64,000 bases of DNA from Nocardiopsis sp. NRRL B-16309 (GCF_001279585.1 NZ_LGEC01000103.1:22925-86924); one strand, 5' to 3'; shown: positions 1-9,965, counted from the first letter of the stretch. The notes: generated from the sequence alone by a model not told the origin. A program made the numbers and translations.

Positions 1-219
1 CCGTCCTCGGACCCCGCCTACGCCAACCCCGAGAACGAGCTGTGGCTGGACTTCACCACCGACGCCGACGGCAACGCCGTCTCCACGGCCACGGTCGACT
101 GGACGTTCCGCGAGGGCGAGGCGCGCTCGCTGGTCCTGCACGAACAGCACACCAGCACCGAGCACGGCGAGGCGGGCACGGCGGGCGACCGCGTGGCGTG
201 CGTCACCGTCGAGTTCTGA
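1..219 (+). CDS. hypothetical protein, 5'-truncated at window edge (C-terminal 72 aa ...DWTFREGEARSLVLHEQHTSTEHGEAGTAGDRVACVTVEF)
   Basis: Open frame 1 from position 1 to TGA at 217-219, with high GC3 codon usage. It is absent from the ORF track only because it has no in-window start codon. Confidence 0.5.
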   Translation, partial: PSSDPAYANPENELWLDFTTDADGNAVSTATVDWTFREGEARSLVLHEQHTSTEHGEAGTAGDRVACVTVEF

Positions 220-250
220 TCCGGGACCGCTCCGCCGCCGCCCCCGGGAC

Positions 251-1111
251 TCAGTCGGGCAGGATCCGGCGCAGGACGAGCCGTTCACCCAGGGCCCAGG
301 CGGTCGAGGTCAGCAGGTACAGGACCGCGGCCAGCGGCACGAACACGGCCACCACGACCGTGGTGAACTGCAGGTAGGTCAGCACGTCCGGAACCGGCGG
401 CCGTCCCTCGGCGGCCGCCGCGTTGGCACGCGCCATCGGCAGCACGAGGTAGCGGCGGTGGGCCCACGCCACCAGCGCGATCAGTCCCACCAGCACCACG
501 AACACCGGTGCCACCAGGAATCCGTCGGCGCCGCCCAGCATCGTGGCGCCCAGTTCGACACCGGCGAAGGTGTGCGTCAGCAACGGCTCGTCGGCTCCCC
601 CGGCCCCGATGAACACCCCGTACAGCGCGATGACCACGGGCATCTGGAGCAGAGCGGGCATGCACCCGGCCAGGGGCGAGGTACCGGCCTCCTCGTAGGC
701 CCTGCGCTGTTCGGCGACCAGCCGCCGCGGGTCGTCGCGGTGCTCGGCGGTGAGTGCGGCCAGGCGCGGGGCGATCCGCGCCCGCGCCTTCTCGGCGCGC
801 ACCTGTGCCACGCCCAGCGGTACGAGCACGAGGCGCACGGCGACGGTCAGGAGGACCACCGCGAGCCCGAACGACAGGCCGGCGGTGAAGGGTGTGAGCC
901 AGGCGGCGAGGCCCGACAGGATCGTGGAGAGCAGGGAAACGGCGGCCGCGATCGGCCCGAAGCTGTACAAGGTGAGGCCCTTCGTCCGAGGTGGGAACAG
1001 ACGTCGGGCCGCCCGGACCGCGCGCGCACGAAGGCACGCGGGCACACACGGAGAAACGGAAGTGCGTTCGGTCGGCGGGCGGCCACGAGGGCGCGTTCGA
1101 TGGATACTCAC
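251..1111 (-). CDS. yidC: membrane protein insertase, YidC/Oxa1 family (short actinobacterial form)
   Basis: Translation is multi-TM and carries the YidC signature region CMPALLQMPVVIALYGV plus a coiled, charged loop (RAEKARARIAPRLAALTAEHRDDPRRLVAEQRRAYEEAG). Confidence 0.8.
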   Translation of the reverse strand: MSIHRTRPRGRPPTERTSVSPCVPACLRARAVRAARRLFPPRTKGLTLYSFGPIAAAVSLLSTILSGLAAWLTPFTAGLSFGLAVVLLTVAVRLVLVPLGVAQVRAEKARARIAPRLAALTAEHRDDPRRLVAEQRRAYEEAGTSPLAGCMPALLQMPVVIALYGVFIGAGGADEPLLTHTFAGVELGATMLGGADGFLVAPVFVVLVGLIALVAWAHRRYLVLPMARANAAAAEGRPPVPDVLTYLQFTTVVVAVFVPLAAVLYLLTSTAWALGERLVLRRILPD

Positions 1112-1249
1112 CCTGCTACGCGTCGCCGCAGGGGCGCTCTCGCAGCGTTCTCCTCAGCCGACGGGGGAACCACCCCGGTTCCTGCTTCGGCCTTGCGAGA
1201 GCACCACTGACTACACCGCTCGCGACGGGCGGCACCCACGGGACGCGCC

Positions 1250-1525
1250 CTAGGCCACACCTGGTGCCCGGGGGCGGGGTCGGCCCGCCGCGTCGGGGTC
1301 GCACAGGGTGAGGACGGGCAGCCGCCGGGACCTGCGGCGCATCGCGTGCGCCGTCCCGGTCGCGGTGTCGCCGGTGGGCAGGCCGCGGGCTCCGAAGAGC
1401 ACCGTCCAGGCCAGCGCCGCACCGATGGCGAGCACCAGCAGTCCGAGGGACGAGGGCGAGGCCACCAGTTCGGTGGGAAGGGTGCCCAGCAGGAGGAACT
1501 CGGCGAACGCCAGCAGCAGCGTCAC
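1250..1525 (-). CDS. small hydrophobic membrane protein upstream of yidC (hypothetical)
   Basis: GTG at 1525 is preceded by GAGAGGGGG. Translation VTLLLAFAEFLLLGTLPTELV...LLVLAIGAALAWTVLF has two TM helices. The longer ORF to 1639 is less likely. Confidence 0.45.
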   Translation of the reverse strand: MTLLLAFAEFLLLGTLPTELVASPSSLGLLVLAIGAALAWTVLFGARGLPTGDTATGTAHAMRRRSRRLPVLTLCDPDAAGRPRPRAPGVA

Positions 1526-1731
1526 GTCGGCCCCCTCTCGTCCCGTTCCGCCCGATCCTAGCCGCCGCTCCGGCGCCCGACAACGCACCCTCGTCCGGAG
1601 AAATCCGCCGACACTCCGTCGGCCCTCCTCACCTTTCACGCCGACCTGTAGCTAAATGACACAGAGTAATCAACTCCGTGCTCTCCGGGATCTGTCGTGT
1701 CCGGACGAGGACGGCGGAAGAGGGGAACCCC

Positions 1732-2049
1732 GTGCCGATTCGCCCTGCCAACCTCGCGACCATGTCCGCCACGATCGCCGGAGCGATCTCCGGCCTGTCG
1801 CGCAAGGGGGACGAGACCGCCACGGTTCGGGTCACCTTCGAGTCCGGCCACCAGCAGACGCTGAACAACGGCGGCTGCCGCCCGCTGGAGACCGGCCAGG
1901 GCGGCGTCACCGAGGTCGCCACCGAGGCCAGGATCAAGTTCGCGCTCTTCGCGGGCACCAGCTGCCAGGGCAGCCGCGCCCTCGCCTCGGGCCACGGGAC
2001 CGTGTCCTTCGCCGACCCGGTCCTGGCCGGAGCGATCGTCATCGGCTGA
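1732..2049 (+). CDS. hypothetical small protein
   Basis: GC3 is strongly biased from about 1760 onwards. GTG at 1732 follows GGAAGAGGGG; an alternative ATG lies at 1762. Confidence 0.45.
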   Translation: MPIRPANLATMSATIAGAISGLSRKGDETATVRVTFESGHQQTLNNGGCRPLETGQGGVTEVATEARIKFALFAGTSCQGSRALASGHGTVSFADPVLAGAIVIG

Positions 2050-2066
2050 CCGCCCGGGGGGCGGGG

Positions 2067-3683
2067 TCAGCGGCGGGTTCGGCGCAACCACCCGGCCGAA
2101 CGGACCGAGCGCCCGGGGAGGCGGTCGGTGCGCCGGCCGTCCCGGACGGTGAACTCGCCCGACACCAGGACGTGCTCGATGCCCACCGGGGCGCGGCGCG
2201 GTTCCTCGTAGGTGGCGCCCGCCGCGACCGTGTCGGGGTCGAAGACCACCAGGTCGGCGATCGCCCCGAGGTGGACGGCTCCGCGGTCGGTCAGTCCCAG
2301 GCGGCGCGCGGGCCGGGAGGTGAGGTGCCGCACGCACTCCTCCAGGGTCAGGACGCCCAGCTCGCGCACGTAGTGCCCGAGGTAGCGGGGGAACGTGCCC
2401 CAGCCGCGCGGGTGCGGCCGGTCGCCGACGAGGATGCCGTCGCTGCCCGCCGTGTGGGAGCTGTGCCGCATGATGGTGCGGATGTTCTCCTCGTTGCCGA
2501 CCTGGAGCAGGCACCCGCTGCGCAGCTCGTCCGCGACGAGCAGGTCGGCGTAGACCCGGCCGGGCTCCTCCCCGCGGCTCTTCGCGAGGTCGGCGATGGC
2601 CGACCCCACCGCCCAGGACAGCGACGGTTCCGCGACTCCGGTGACCACGATCGCCGACCAGTCCATCGGCACGCCGTGGTTGCCGTCGGTCCCCTCGACC
2701 TCGATCTCGTGCAGCACCCGCGCACGCGTGGGCCCGTCCCGCAGCCGCTCCAGCGTGGCGGCGGTACCGCCCGCCTGCGCCCAGCCGGGCAGCGGGGCGC
2801 CCAGATAGGTGGCGCTGGCCTGGTAGGGGTAGCTGTCCAGGGTGACGTCGAGGCCGTAGCGGACGGTGGCCTCGTCGATGGCGTCGAGCACCTCGGGAGC
2901 ACGGCCGCGGTTGATCGGGAAGTTGACGTGGCAGTGCGCGAGGTGGAGCGGGACGTGGGCGCGGCGTGCGACGTCCAGGCACTCCTGGTAGGACTCCACG
3001 ACCCGGGTGCCGTAGTTGCGGTGGTGGGGGCAGTAGTAGCCGCCCCCGGCGCGCACCGGCGCCAGGAGGTCGACGATCTCGTCGTCGGTCGCGTACATCC
3101 CGGGCGTGTAGGTGAGCCCCGTGGACAGCCCGTGCGCCCCGTCGGCCATGCCCTCGGCGACCATCGCCCGCATGCGGGCCGCCTCGTCCTCCGTGGGCGG
3201 CCGGTCCTGACCGCCCACGACCGCCATGCGCACGTTGCCGTGGGGCACGAGGCAGGCGGCGTTGACCGCGGCACCCCGGTCGACCCGGTCCAGGTACTCG
3301 CCGACGCCGCGCCAGGCGTGGTCGAGGTCGGGGGTGCCGTTCCAGCCCGCGATCCGGGTGCGGATCTCGTCCACCGTGTCGTCGGTGACCGGCGCGTAGC
3401 CGAGACCGTCCTGGCCGAGCACCTCCAGCGTGACGCCCTGGAGGGTCTTGGCCTCGTGCGCGGGGTCGGCGAGGATCGCGAGGTCGGAGTGGGCGTGCAT
3501 GTCGATGAAGCCGGGCGCGACGACCAGTCCGCCGACGTCCACGGACTCGCCCGTGCCGCGGGCGTGCCCGGGCGGTGCGATGTGGCTGACGCGGCCGTCC
3601 CGCAGGACGAGGTCGGCCCGGCGGGCGGGGCTCCCGGTGCCGTCCACCACGCGGCCGCCGGTGAGTACGGTCTCGGGCTGCAC
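2067..3683 (-). CDS. N-acyl-D-amino-acid deacylase (D-aminoacylase), amidohydrolase superfamily
   Basis: GTG at 3683 is preceded by GGAGGAAC. Translation begins VQPETVLTGGRVVDGTG...VVAPGFIDMHAHSD and carries the metal-binding motifs typical of D-aminoacylases. The ORF-track start at 3980 is an upstream over-extension. Confidence 0.85.
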   Translation of the reverse strand: MQPETVLTGGRVVDGTGSPARRADLVLRDGRVSHIAPPGHARGTGESVDVGGLVVAPGFIDMHAHSDLAILADPAHEAKTLQGVTLEVLGQDGLGYAPVTDDTVDEIRTRIAGWNGTPDLDHAWRGVGEYLDRVDRGAAVNAACLVPHGNVRMAVVGGQDRPPTEDEAARMRAMVAEGMADGAHGLSTGLTYTPGMYATDDEIVDLLAPVRAGGGYYCPHHRNYGTRVVESYQECLDVARRAHVPLHLAHCHVNFPINRGRAPEVLDAIDEATVRYGLDVTLDSYPYQASATYLGAPLPGWAQAGGTAATLERLRDGPTRARVLHEIEVEGTDGNHGVPMDWSAIVVTGVAEPSLSWAVGSAIADLAKSRGEEPGRVYADLLVADELRSGCLLQVGNEENIRTIMRHSSHTAGSDGILVGDRPHPRGWGTFPRYLGHYVRELGVLTLEECVRHLTSRPARRLGLTDRGAVHLGAIADLVVFDPDTVAAGATYEEPRRAPVGIEHVLVSGEFTVRDGRRTDRLPGRSVRSAGWLRRTRR

Positions 3684-3891
3684 GGTTCCTCCGTTCGGGC
3701 CGCGGCCGGCCGGATTCGGTGTGACCCAAGATACGCCGCGGACCGCTCGCCCACAGGGCTTCGTGAACGTCGGGCCCCGATTTCCCGCCCGTCGCCCGCC
3801 GACGCCCCCCGAGGGCCGCGCCCGGAGGAGGGCCGCCGCCCTCGGCCCAGAGCCTCCGGCACGTCCCCGGACCGGCCCGGACCGGCGGGTG

Positions 3892-4560
3892 TCAGGCCGG
3901 GTCGCGGCGGACGCGCAGCACCGTGTCGCGGACCTCGTGGACCGTGCCGTCGATGGTCTGTGAGTTCGCGCGCGCCTCACCGGTGACCACGGTCCAGCCC
4001 GTGTCCGGCAGCAGGGCGATCAGGTCCTCGGCGGTGTAGAACAACTCCCGGTGCGGCGGCCTCGGCACGTGGTTGTCCACGTCGGCCGGATGGTGGCCCA
4101 CGACCAGCAGGTGTCCGCCCGGCGCCACCGCGGCGGCGAGCGCGTCGAGCAGCCGGACCATGGGCTCCGGACGCAGGTGCATGAACTGCGCGGACACCAG
4201 GTCGAAGGCGGCCGCGGGCGGTGTCCAGTCGGTCAGGTCCGCCTGCCGCCAGGTGACGCGGTCGGCGACCGCGTCCCCCCGTTCGCGCGCGTGCGCCCCG
4301 GCCCGCTCCAGCGCCACGGTCGAGATGTCGACCGCGGTCACCCGCCATCCGCGCTCGGCCAGCCAGACGCTGTCGGCGCCCTCGCCGCATCCCACGTCCA
4401 GCGCACGGCCGGGCGGCAGGTCCGCCGCCTCCGCCACCAGCTGCCGGTTGGGCCTGCCGCTCCAGACCCGGTCCTTGGTCCGGTACAGCTCGTTCCAGAA
4501 GTCCGCGCCCATCTCCTCGGGCAGTGCGTGCGCGTCGGACCCGGTGTCCTCGTGGTTCAT
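3892..4560 (-). CDS. class I SAM-dependent methyltransferase
   Basis: Motif I LDVGCGEGADSVWLA is present. The internal ATG at 4560 is preceded by GGAGGTGG. The longer ORF to 4671 overlaps the TetR gene and is less likely. Confidence 0.8.
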   Translation of the reverse strand: MNHEDTGSDAHALPEEMGADFWNELYRTKDRVWSGRPNRQLVAEAADLPPGRALDVGCGEGADSVWLAERGWRVTAVDISTVALERAGAHARERGDAVADRVTWRQADLTDWTPPAAAFDLVSAQFMHLRPEPMVRLLDALAAAVAPGGHLLVVGHHPADVDNHVPRPPHRELFYTAEDLIALLPDTGWTVVTGEARANSQTIDGTVHEVRDTVLRVRRDPA

Positions 4561-4634
4561 CCCGACCACCTCCGCGCACCACTCTCCCCGCAGGGGCCCG
4601 ATCCGGCGAGCCGGCTTGCCGGAACGGCAAACGG

Positions 4635-5237
4635 TCAGCTCTCGCCGGGCGGGTCGAACTCGGCCAGGCACAGGTCGAGCATGGCCTCGATCCGGTCGGT
4701 GAGCTGCGACCGGTCATGGGCCCGCAGGGCCGTGCCGCCCTCGATGAGGCGGACCCTGGTCAGCCCCAGCAGGACCGCCGCCACCAGGGAGGCGTGGACC
4801 GACGCGTTCTCCCGCCCCAGGTAGACCGAGAGCGGGTCGAGCATGGCGGTCTTGAGGCGTCCCTGGTAGACGGCCTGGAGGTCGGGGTCCCCGGCGGAGT
4901 CGTCCAGCGCCCGCTGGAGCGGGGTCCCCTCGCCGTACAGGCGGCTCACGGCGTGCTCGGCGAGGCGGCGGCTGAGGGTCGCGGGGTCCCCCTCGATCAG
5001 GCCGGGGAACACGCCGTCCTCGCGCAGGATCTCGGCCAGCAGGCCGCTCTTGGCGCCGAAGTACCGGTTGATGAGCGCGACGTTGACGCCCGCGTGCGCG
5101 GCGATCTTGCGGGAGGAGACCGCGCCGTAGCCCTCGTCGGTGAACAGCTCCTTGGCGCTGGCCAGGATGCGGGCGCGCGTGACCGCACGGCCGCGCGTGG
5201 GCACCGCGCCGCCTCCGGTTTGCTCCGGACGGTCCAT
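4635..5237 (-). CDS. TetR/AcrR family transcriptional regulator
   Basis: N-terminal HTH TRARILASAKELFTDEGYGAVSSRKIAAHAGVNVALINRYFGAKSGLL. The gene is divergent from an MFS gene. Confidence 0.9.
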   Translation of the reverse strand: MDRPEQTGGGAVPTRGRAVTRARILASAKELFTDEGYGAVSSRKIAAHAGVNVALINRYFGAKSGLLAEILREDGVFPGLIEGDPATLSRRLAEHAVSRLYGEGTPLQRALDDSAGDPDLQAVYQGRLKTAMLDPLSVYLGRENASVHASLVAAVLLGLTRVRLIEGGTALRAHDRSQLTDRIEAMLDLCLAEFDPPGES

Positions 5238-5334
5238 CTGTACACCCCTCGGCGGCCGTGATCTGGCTTCCAGGATTCCAGGTTGACACCCGCGGGCACC
5301 GAACGCCTACCGAAACGGGCAGACAGATACCGAT

Positions 5335-5347
5335 TTGACAGAGTCAA
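5335..5347. promoter_or_regulatory. palindrome TTGAC-AGA-GTCAA in the TetR/MFS divergent intergenic region (candidate TetR operator overlapping a -35-like TTGACA)
   Basis: Perfect 5-3-5 inverted repeat seen directly in the locally AT-richer stretch gatttgacagagtcaacagcgtttacatatacc. Confidence 0.4.
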
Positions 5348-5432
5348 CAGCGTTTACATATACCTGTGTGAGGACGCCGCCCCCGGCCACGCGCCGCGGG
5401 GCTTTTCGCGCGTCCGGATCGGGGGACCAGCA

Positions 5433-7211
5433 GTGGATCAGTCGACGCACCGGAAGGAACCGGTCGGAGGGCCGGACGCCGCGTTCGCGTCCCCGACACC
5501 CGGCCGGGGCCAGGCGCCCCCGGCCGATCCGGCAGCCCCAGACACCCCCGCGAACGCCGAGTCCACCGCGCACGCCGGGCCCGCCGAGCCGACCGCGCAC
5601 GCCGGGCCCGCGGCGCCCTCCCGGCGCACCGTCCGCCGGATCATGGTCGGCCTGGTGCTGGCCATGCTCACCTCGATGCTGACCAACTCGATCATCGGCA
5701 CCGCCCTGCCGACGATCATGGGCGAGCTCGGCGGCCAGGACCGCCTGGCCTGGGTCGCCACCGCCGCGCTGCTCACGATGACCGCCTCCACTCCGGTGTG
5801 GGGCAAGCTCTCCGACATCTGGGGGCGCAAGCTCCTCTTCCAGATCGCCCTCGGCGTCTTCATCGTGGCCTCGCTCGCCGCGGGCTTCGCCCAGGACGTC
5901 AACACGCTCATCGCCGCGCGCGCCCTCCAGGGACTGGGCGTGGGCGGCCTGGCCACACTGCCGATGATCATCCTCGGCGACGTCGTGTCCCCGCGGGAGC
6001 GCGGCCGCTACGGCGGGCTCATCGGCATGGTCTTCGGTGTGTCCACCGTCCTCGGGCCGCTGGTCGGCGGCTTCCTCGTGGACAGCCCGCTCGGCTGGCG
6101 CTGGTGCTTCCTCATCACGGTGCCGCTGGCGGTCGTGGCCTTCGCCGTCATCCAGGTCATGCTCAACGTGCCCTTCGTCCCCCGCCGGGGCGTCCCCGTC
6201 GACTGGCTCGGCGCCGGTCTGATCTTCAGCGCGGCCAGCGCGGTGATCGTGCTGCTGAGCCTGGGCGGCACGCAGTTCGACTGGAACTCGGTCCCGTCCT
6301 ACGCCCTGGGCGCGGGTGCGCTCGCGCTGACCGTCGCGGCCGTCGCCGTGGAGCGGCGTGCAGCGGAGCCGATCATCCCCACGCGCCTGTTCCGGGACCG
6401 CACGTTCGTGCTCTCGTCGGTCGGATCGGTCGCCGTGGGCGTGATGATGTTCGGCCTCATCATCTACATGCCGCAGTACCTCCAGATGGTGCACGCCATG
6501 AGCCCCACGGTCTCCGGCATGATGACGCTGCCGCTGGTCGGGTGCTTTCTGCTCACCTCGATCGGCTCCGGGTTCGCCGTGAGCGGTTCGGGCCGGTGGC
6601 GGATCTACCCCGTGGTCGGCATGGCGCTGTGCGTCGTGGGCTTCTCGGCCCTGAGCCTGGCGCACCTGGACCCCGGACTGACGACGGTCGTCGCGGGGCA
6701 GGCGCTCGTGGGGCTCGGCTTCGGGCTGTCCATGCAGATCCTGCTGCTGGCCACGCAGAGCGCCCTGCCCAGCGCGGACCTGGCCTCGGGCACGGGCGCG
6801 ATCACCTTCTTCCGCAACCTCGGCGGCGCCACCGGTGTGGCCGCGTTCGGCGCGGTGATGGTGTCCCGCCTCAACGGCGAACTCGCGGCGGCGGCCGAGG
6901 CGGCCCGCGCCCGGGTGGCGGCCGCGAGCGCGGACGGGGGCGAGGGCGACGCGGGTGCGCAGGCGCTCTCGACCGGGCTGGCCGAGGCCGCGGAGTCGGC
7001 CACCGGGTCGCCCGAACTGGTCCACTCGCTGCCGGGTCCGGTGCGCGACGTCATCGTGGGCGCCTTCGACCACGCCATGCAGGGCGTGTTCGTCACCGGG
7101 ATCCCGGTCGCGGTGCTCGGCCTGGTCGCGGTGGCGTTCATGAAGGGCACACCGCTGCGCGGAGGCAGGGCCACGGCCGCCGAGAGCGCCGACGGGGCCG
7201 GTCAGAGGTAG
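5433..7211 (+). CDS. MFS transporter, DHA2 (EmrB/QacA-like, 14-TMS) drug:H+ antiporter family
   Basis: 14 predicted TM segments with MFS motifs LSDIWGRKLLF and GLGVGG. The start is set at GTG 5433, downstream of the putative operator. The Pro/Ala-rich N-terminus makes the exact start uncertain; ATG 5640 is an alternative. Confidence 0.85.
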   Translation: MDQSTHRKEPVGGPDAAFASPTPGRGQAPPADPAAPDTPANAESTAHAGPAEPTAHAGPAAPSRRTVRRIMVGLVLAMLTSMLTNSIIGTALPTIMGELGGQDRLAWVATAALLTMTASTPVWGKLSDIWGRKLLFQIALGVFIVASLAAGFAQDVNTLIAARALQGLGVGGLATLPMIILGDVVSPRERGRYGGLIGMVFGVSTVLGPLVGGFLVDSPLGWRWCFLITVPLAVVAFAVIQVMLNVPFVPRRGVPVDWLGAGLIFSAASAVIVLLSLGGTQFDWNSVPSYALGAGALALTVAAVAVERRAAEPIIPTRLFRDRTFVLSSVGSVAVGVMMFGLIIYMPQYLQMVHAMSPTVSGMMTLPLVGCFLLTSIGSGFAVSGSGRWRIYPVVGMALCVVGFSALSLAHLDPGLTTVVAGQALVGLGFGLSMQILLLATQSALPSADLASGTGAITFFRNLGGATGVAAFGAVMVSRLNGELAAAAEAARARVAAASADGGEGDAGAQALSTGLAEAAESATGSPELVHSLPGPVRDVIVGAFDHAMQGVFVTGIPVAVLGLVAVAFMKGTPLRGGRATAAESADGAGQR

Positions 7212-7651
7212 CGGCGAAAGCCCTCGGCCGAGTTCTCGAAGCCCAGGGCGGCGTAGAAGCGGTGGGCGCCGTGGCGGCTCTCGTGGGAGAGCAGTTCGAC
7301 CTTGTAGCACCCGGCGCGCGCCGCCCGGTCCACCGCGTCGTCCATGAGGGCCCGCCCGATGCCCCGGCCGCGGGTCAGAGGGTCGACCACCAGGTTGTCC
7401 ACCACGGCCCAGGGCTGGGCGTCGTGGGTCAGGTTCGCCACCACCATCAGGTCCAGCGTCCCGATGATCTGCCCGCGCTGCTCGGCGACGAGGACCGTGC
7501 GGTCGGGGTCGTTCTCCATACGCGTCCAGGCGCGCACGGCCGCGGACGACATGCGGACGTGCGCGCTCTGCGAGTGGTCGGCGTCGCCGAGCTCACGGAG
7601 GAGCCGCAGGATCGCGCCGAGGTCCGACCGGATGGCCGCGCGGATAATCAT
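7202..7651 (-). CDS. GNAT family N-acetyltransferase
   Basis: Acetyl-CoA binding motif VDPLTRGRGIGRALMD. ATG at 7651. The 3' end overlaps the MFS stop convergently. Confidence 0.85.
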   Translation of the reverse strand: MIIRAAIRSDLGAILRLLRELGDADHSQSAHVRMSSAAVRAWTRMENDPDRTVLVAEQRGQIIGTLDLMVVANLTHDAQPWAVVDNLVVDPLTRGRGIGRALMDDAVDRAARAGCYKVELLSHESRHGAHRFYAALGFENSAEGFRRYL

Positions 7652-7774
7652 GGCTGACGGCATCGTAGCCGACAGCCTGCGACAAGGCGGACGTCGGCCT
7701 ACAAGAGACCACAAACCACCGGGGGCGGGGACTGGGTCCCCGCCCCCGGTGGTTCGGCGCTCGCGCCGACCGCC

Positions 7775-9013
7775 CTACGGCTTGCGGATGACCCGCACGC
7801 CCTCGTCGCCCGTGGGCGGCTGGGCGGACTGGTCGCGGTCGCCCTCCGGGCGCCGGTAGACACCGGTGATCCCCGGGTCCCCGCCCTCGTCCTCGCCGCC
7901 GGGCGCCTGCCGGCCCTGCTGGCCCTGCGGCCCCTGCTGCGGCTTCTGGGACTGGTGCGGGGAGTGCGGCTGCTGCGGACCCGACGGGTGGCCGGACGGC
8001 TGCCGACCCGGCGCGGGACCGGCGACGCGCCCGCCCTGCGGCGGGGCGGCCTTGGCGTCGCCGCCCTGGGGCGCGTCCGACTTCGGTGCCTCCTGGCCGG
8101 ACGGCTCCGGCCGGGCCACCGGCTTGATGCGCACGGTGGCCTCGTCCGGCTCCTGCTGCGCCGGAGGCAGCTTGGTGGTGGCCTCCTCCTGCGACGCCGG
8201 CTCCGGCCTGGCCGCGGGCTTCCCGGGCTCGGGGGCCTTGGCGGGCTCGGCGGGCTTGGCCGGTTCCGCGGGCTTGGCGGCTCCCGGCCGGTGGGGACCG
8301 GCCGACGCGGGACCCAGGGCCGGAGCGGCCTTCGGGGTCTCGGTCGCGGCCTCCTCGCGGGACAGCCCGGTCTCCAGCGCGCCGGCCCTGTCCTCCGCGG
8401 AGACCAGGTCCGCCAGCGTGGAGTGCATGTCCTTGAGGCGGCGCAGCGCCTCGGCGTGCGTGGCCGTGAGCGTGGCGAGCCTGCGGTCCGCCGTGTCGTG
8501 GATCTTCTTGGCCCGCGCCTCGGCCTCGTTCAGCCGGCGGTCGCCCTCGGACTTGGCCTGCTCGCGGAGCTGGTCGGTCTCCTTCTTCGCGCTGGAGACC
8601 ATCTGGTTGGCCTCCTCGCGCGCGGAGGCCACGATCCGCTCGGCGTGCTGCTCGGCGTCCTTGCGGAGCTTGGCGATCTCCTCCTGGGCCTTCTGCTCCA
8701 TCTCCCTGACCTCGGCGGCGACCTTGGAGCGACGCTCCTGGGCCTCCTCCTCGGTGATCCGGAGGATCTCGGCCATGCGCTCGCTGATCTGCTCGTGCTC
8801 AGGCTTGACCTGGGCCTTCTCCTGAGCGATCGCCAGATCGCGCTTGTACTGCTCCCGCTCGTCGTCCATGCGCTGCAGGCGCTCGCGCATGTCCTTGAAC
8901 TGGTTGTCCATTCGGACGTAGTAGTCGTCGACGTGCGCCTTGTCGTAGCCGCCCTTGCGCACTGTCGGGAACCTGTCTTGCTGCAGTCCGCCGCCCGGCA
9001 ACATATCGCTCAT
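7775..9013 (-). CDS. DivIVA domain-containing protein with long Pro/Ala/Gln-rich low-complexity C-terminal tail
   Basis: The N-terminus carries the DivIVA motif FPTVRKGGYDKAHVDDYYVRM followed by a long coiled-coil region. ATG at 9013 is preceded by AAGGACAAGAAAGG. The tail contains PAEPAKPAEPAKAPEPGKP and QQPHSPHQSQKPQQGPQGQQG repeats. Confidence 0.85.
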   Translation of the reverse strand: MSDMLPGGGLQQDRFPTVRKGGYDKAHVDDYYVRMDNQFKDMRERLQRMDDEREQYKRDLAIAQEKAQVKPEHEQISERMAEILRITEEEAQERRSKVAAEVREMEQKAQEEIAKLRKDAEQHAERIVASAREEANQMVSSAKKETDQLREQAKSEGDRRLNEAEARAKKIHDTADRRLATLTATHAEALRRLKDMHSTLADLVSAEDRAGALETGLSREEAATETPKAAPALGPASAGPHRPGAAKPAEPAKPAEPAKAPEPGKPAARPEPASQEEATTKLPPAQQEPDEATVRIKPVARPEPSGQEAPKSDAPQGGDAKAAPPQGGRVAGPAPGRQPSGHPSGPQQPHSPHQSQKPQQGPQGQQGRQAPGGEDEGGDPGITGVYRRPEGDRDQSAQPPTGDEGVRVIRKP

Positions 9014-9386
9014 GTGCCTTTCTTGTCCTTTTAACACCGTTTGACTGCACGTCGCAGAAGGTGAGAATTGCCCCGTACCCGTTTGTCACAGGAACACCCA
9101 CGGGCTCCAGCGGAGCGTGGTGGCACGGGGGTGTCCTCTTCGCCGCTCGGCCGCGGTCAGCGGGGGTCCTGGTCGCGAGCGGAGCGTAGCGTCGTGACAC
9201 CGTCCGAACGACCAAGGTAGGCACGCACGGCGTCGCCGCGTCAAGAGGCCGTGAGGGTAGTTCGCCGTGCGGACCCTGGTCACGTACTTACTAAGGTATG
9301 CGCGATCATCCCCGTACGGGGGCGGACCGGTCAACTTCCCGTGAGTCTCACCGGCCCCGGGGACCACGAACACACGGAGGCGACGC

Positions 9387-9965
9387 ATGAACGACCACGA
9401 ATCGGGTACCGCGGCGGACGATTCGCGCGGCGGCGGACCGTGGGGACCGCGGATCGGCGGCGCGCCGTTCGGGCAGCCGGACATCCACTCCACCGCCTGG
9501 GTCGCGCCCGGGGCCGTCGTGGTCGGCCGCGTGCGGCTGGGCGCGCGGAGCAGTGTCTGGTACGGGTCGGTGCTGCGCGCCGACACCGAGGACATCGTCG
9601 TCGGTGAGCGCGTCAACATCCAGGACCAGTGCGGCATGCACGCCGACCCGGGGCAGCCCGCGATCCTGCACGACGGCGTGAGCCTGGGCCACAAGGCCAT
9701 GGTGCACGGCGCCGTCGTGGAGGAGGGCGCCCTCATCGGCATCGGCGCGATCGTCCTGGGCGGGGCGCGCGTGGGCAGGGGCGCGCTCGTCGCGGCGGGA
9801 TCGCTGGTGCCCCCGGGCAAGACCGTCCCGCCTGGCACGCTGTGGGCCGGTGTGCCCGGAAAGGTGATCCGGGACCTCAACGACGACGACCGCCTGGTCC
9901 TGGAGCACACGCCGACCCACTACGCCGACCTGGCGGGACGGCACCGGGACGTCGACTGGCGCTGA
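9387..9965 (+). CDS. gamma-class carbonic anhydrase family / hexapeptide-repeat (LbH) protein
   Basis: ATG at 9387 follows ACGGAGG. Left-handed beta-helix hexapeptide repeats are present (VWYGSVLRAD, VNIQDQCGMHAD, HGAVVEEGALIGIGAIV). Confidence 0.85.
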   Translation: MNDHESGTAADDSRGGGPWGPRIGGAPFGQPDIHSTAWVAPGAVVVGRVRLGARSSVWYGSVLRADTEDIVVGERVNIQDQCGMHADPGQPAILHDGVSLGHKAMVHGAVVEEGALIGIGAIVLGGARVGRGALVAAGSLVPPGKTVPPGTLWAGVPGKVIRDLNDDDRLVLEHTPTHYADLAGRHRDVDWR

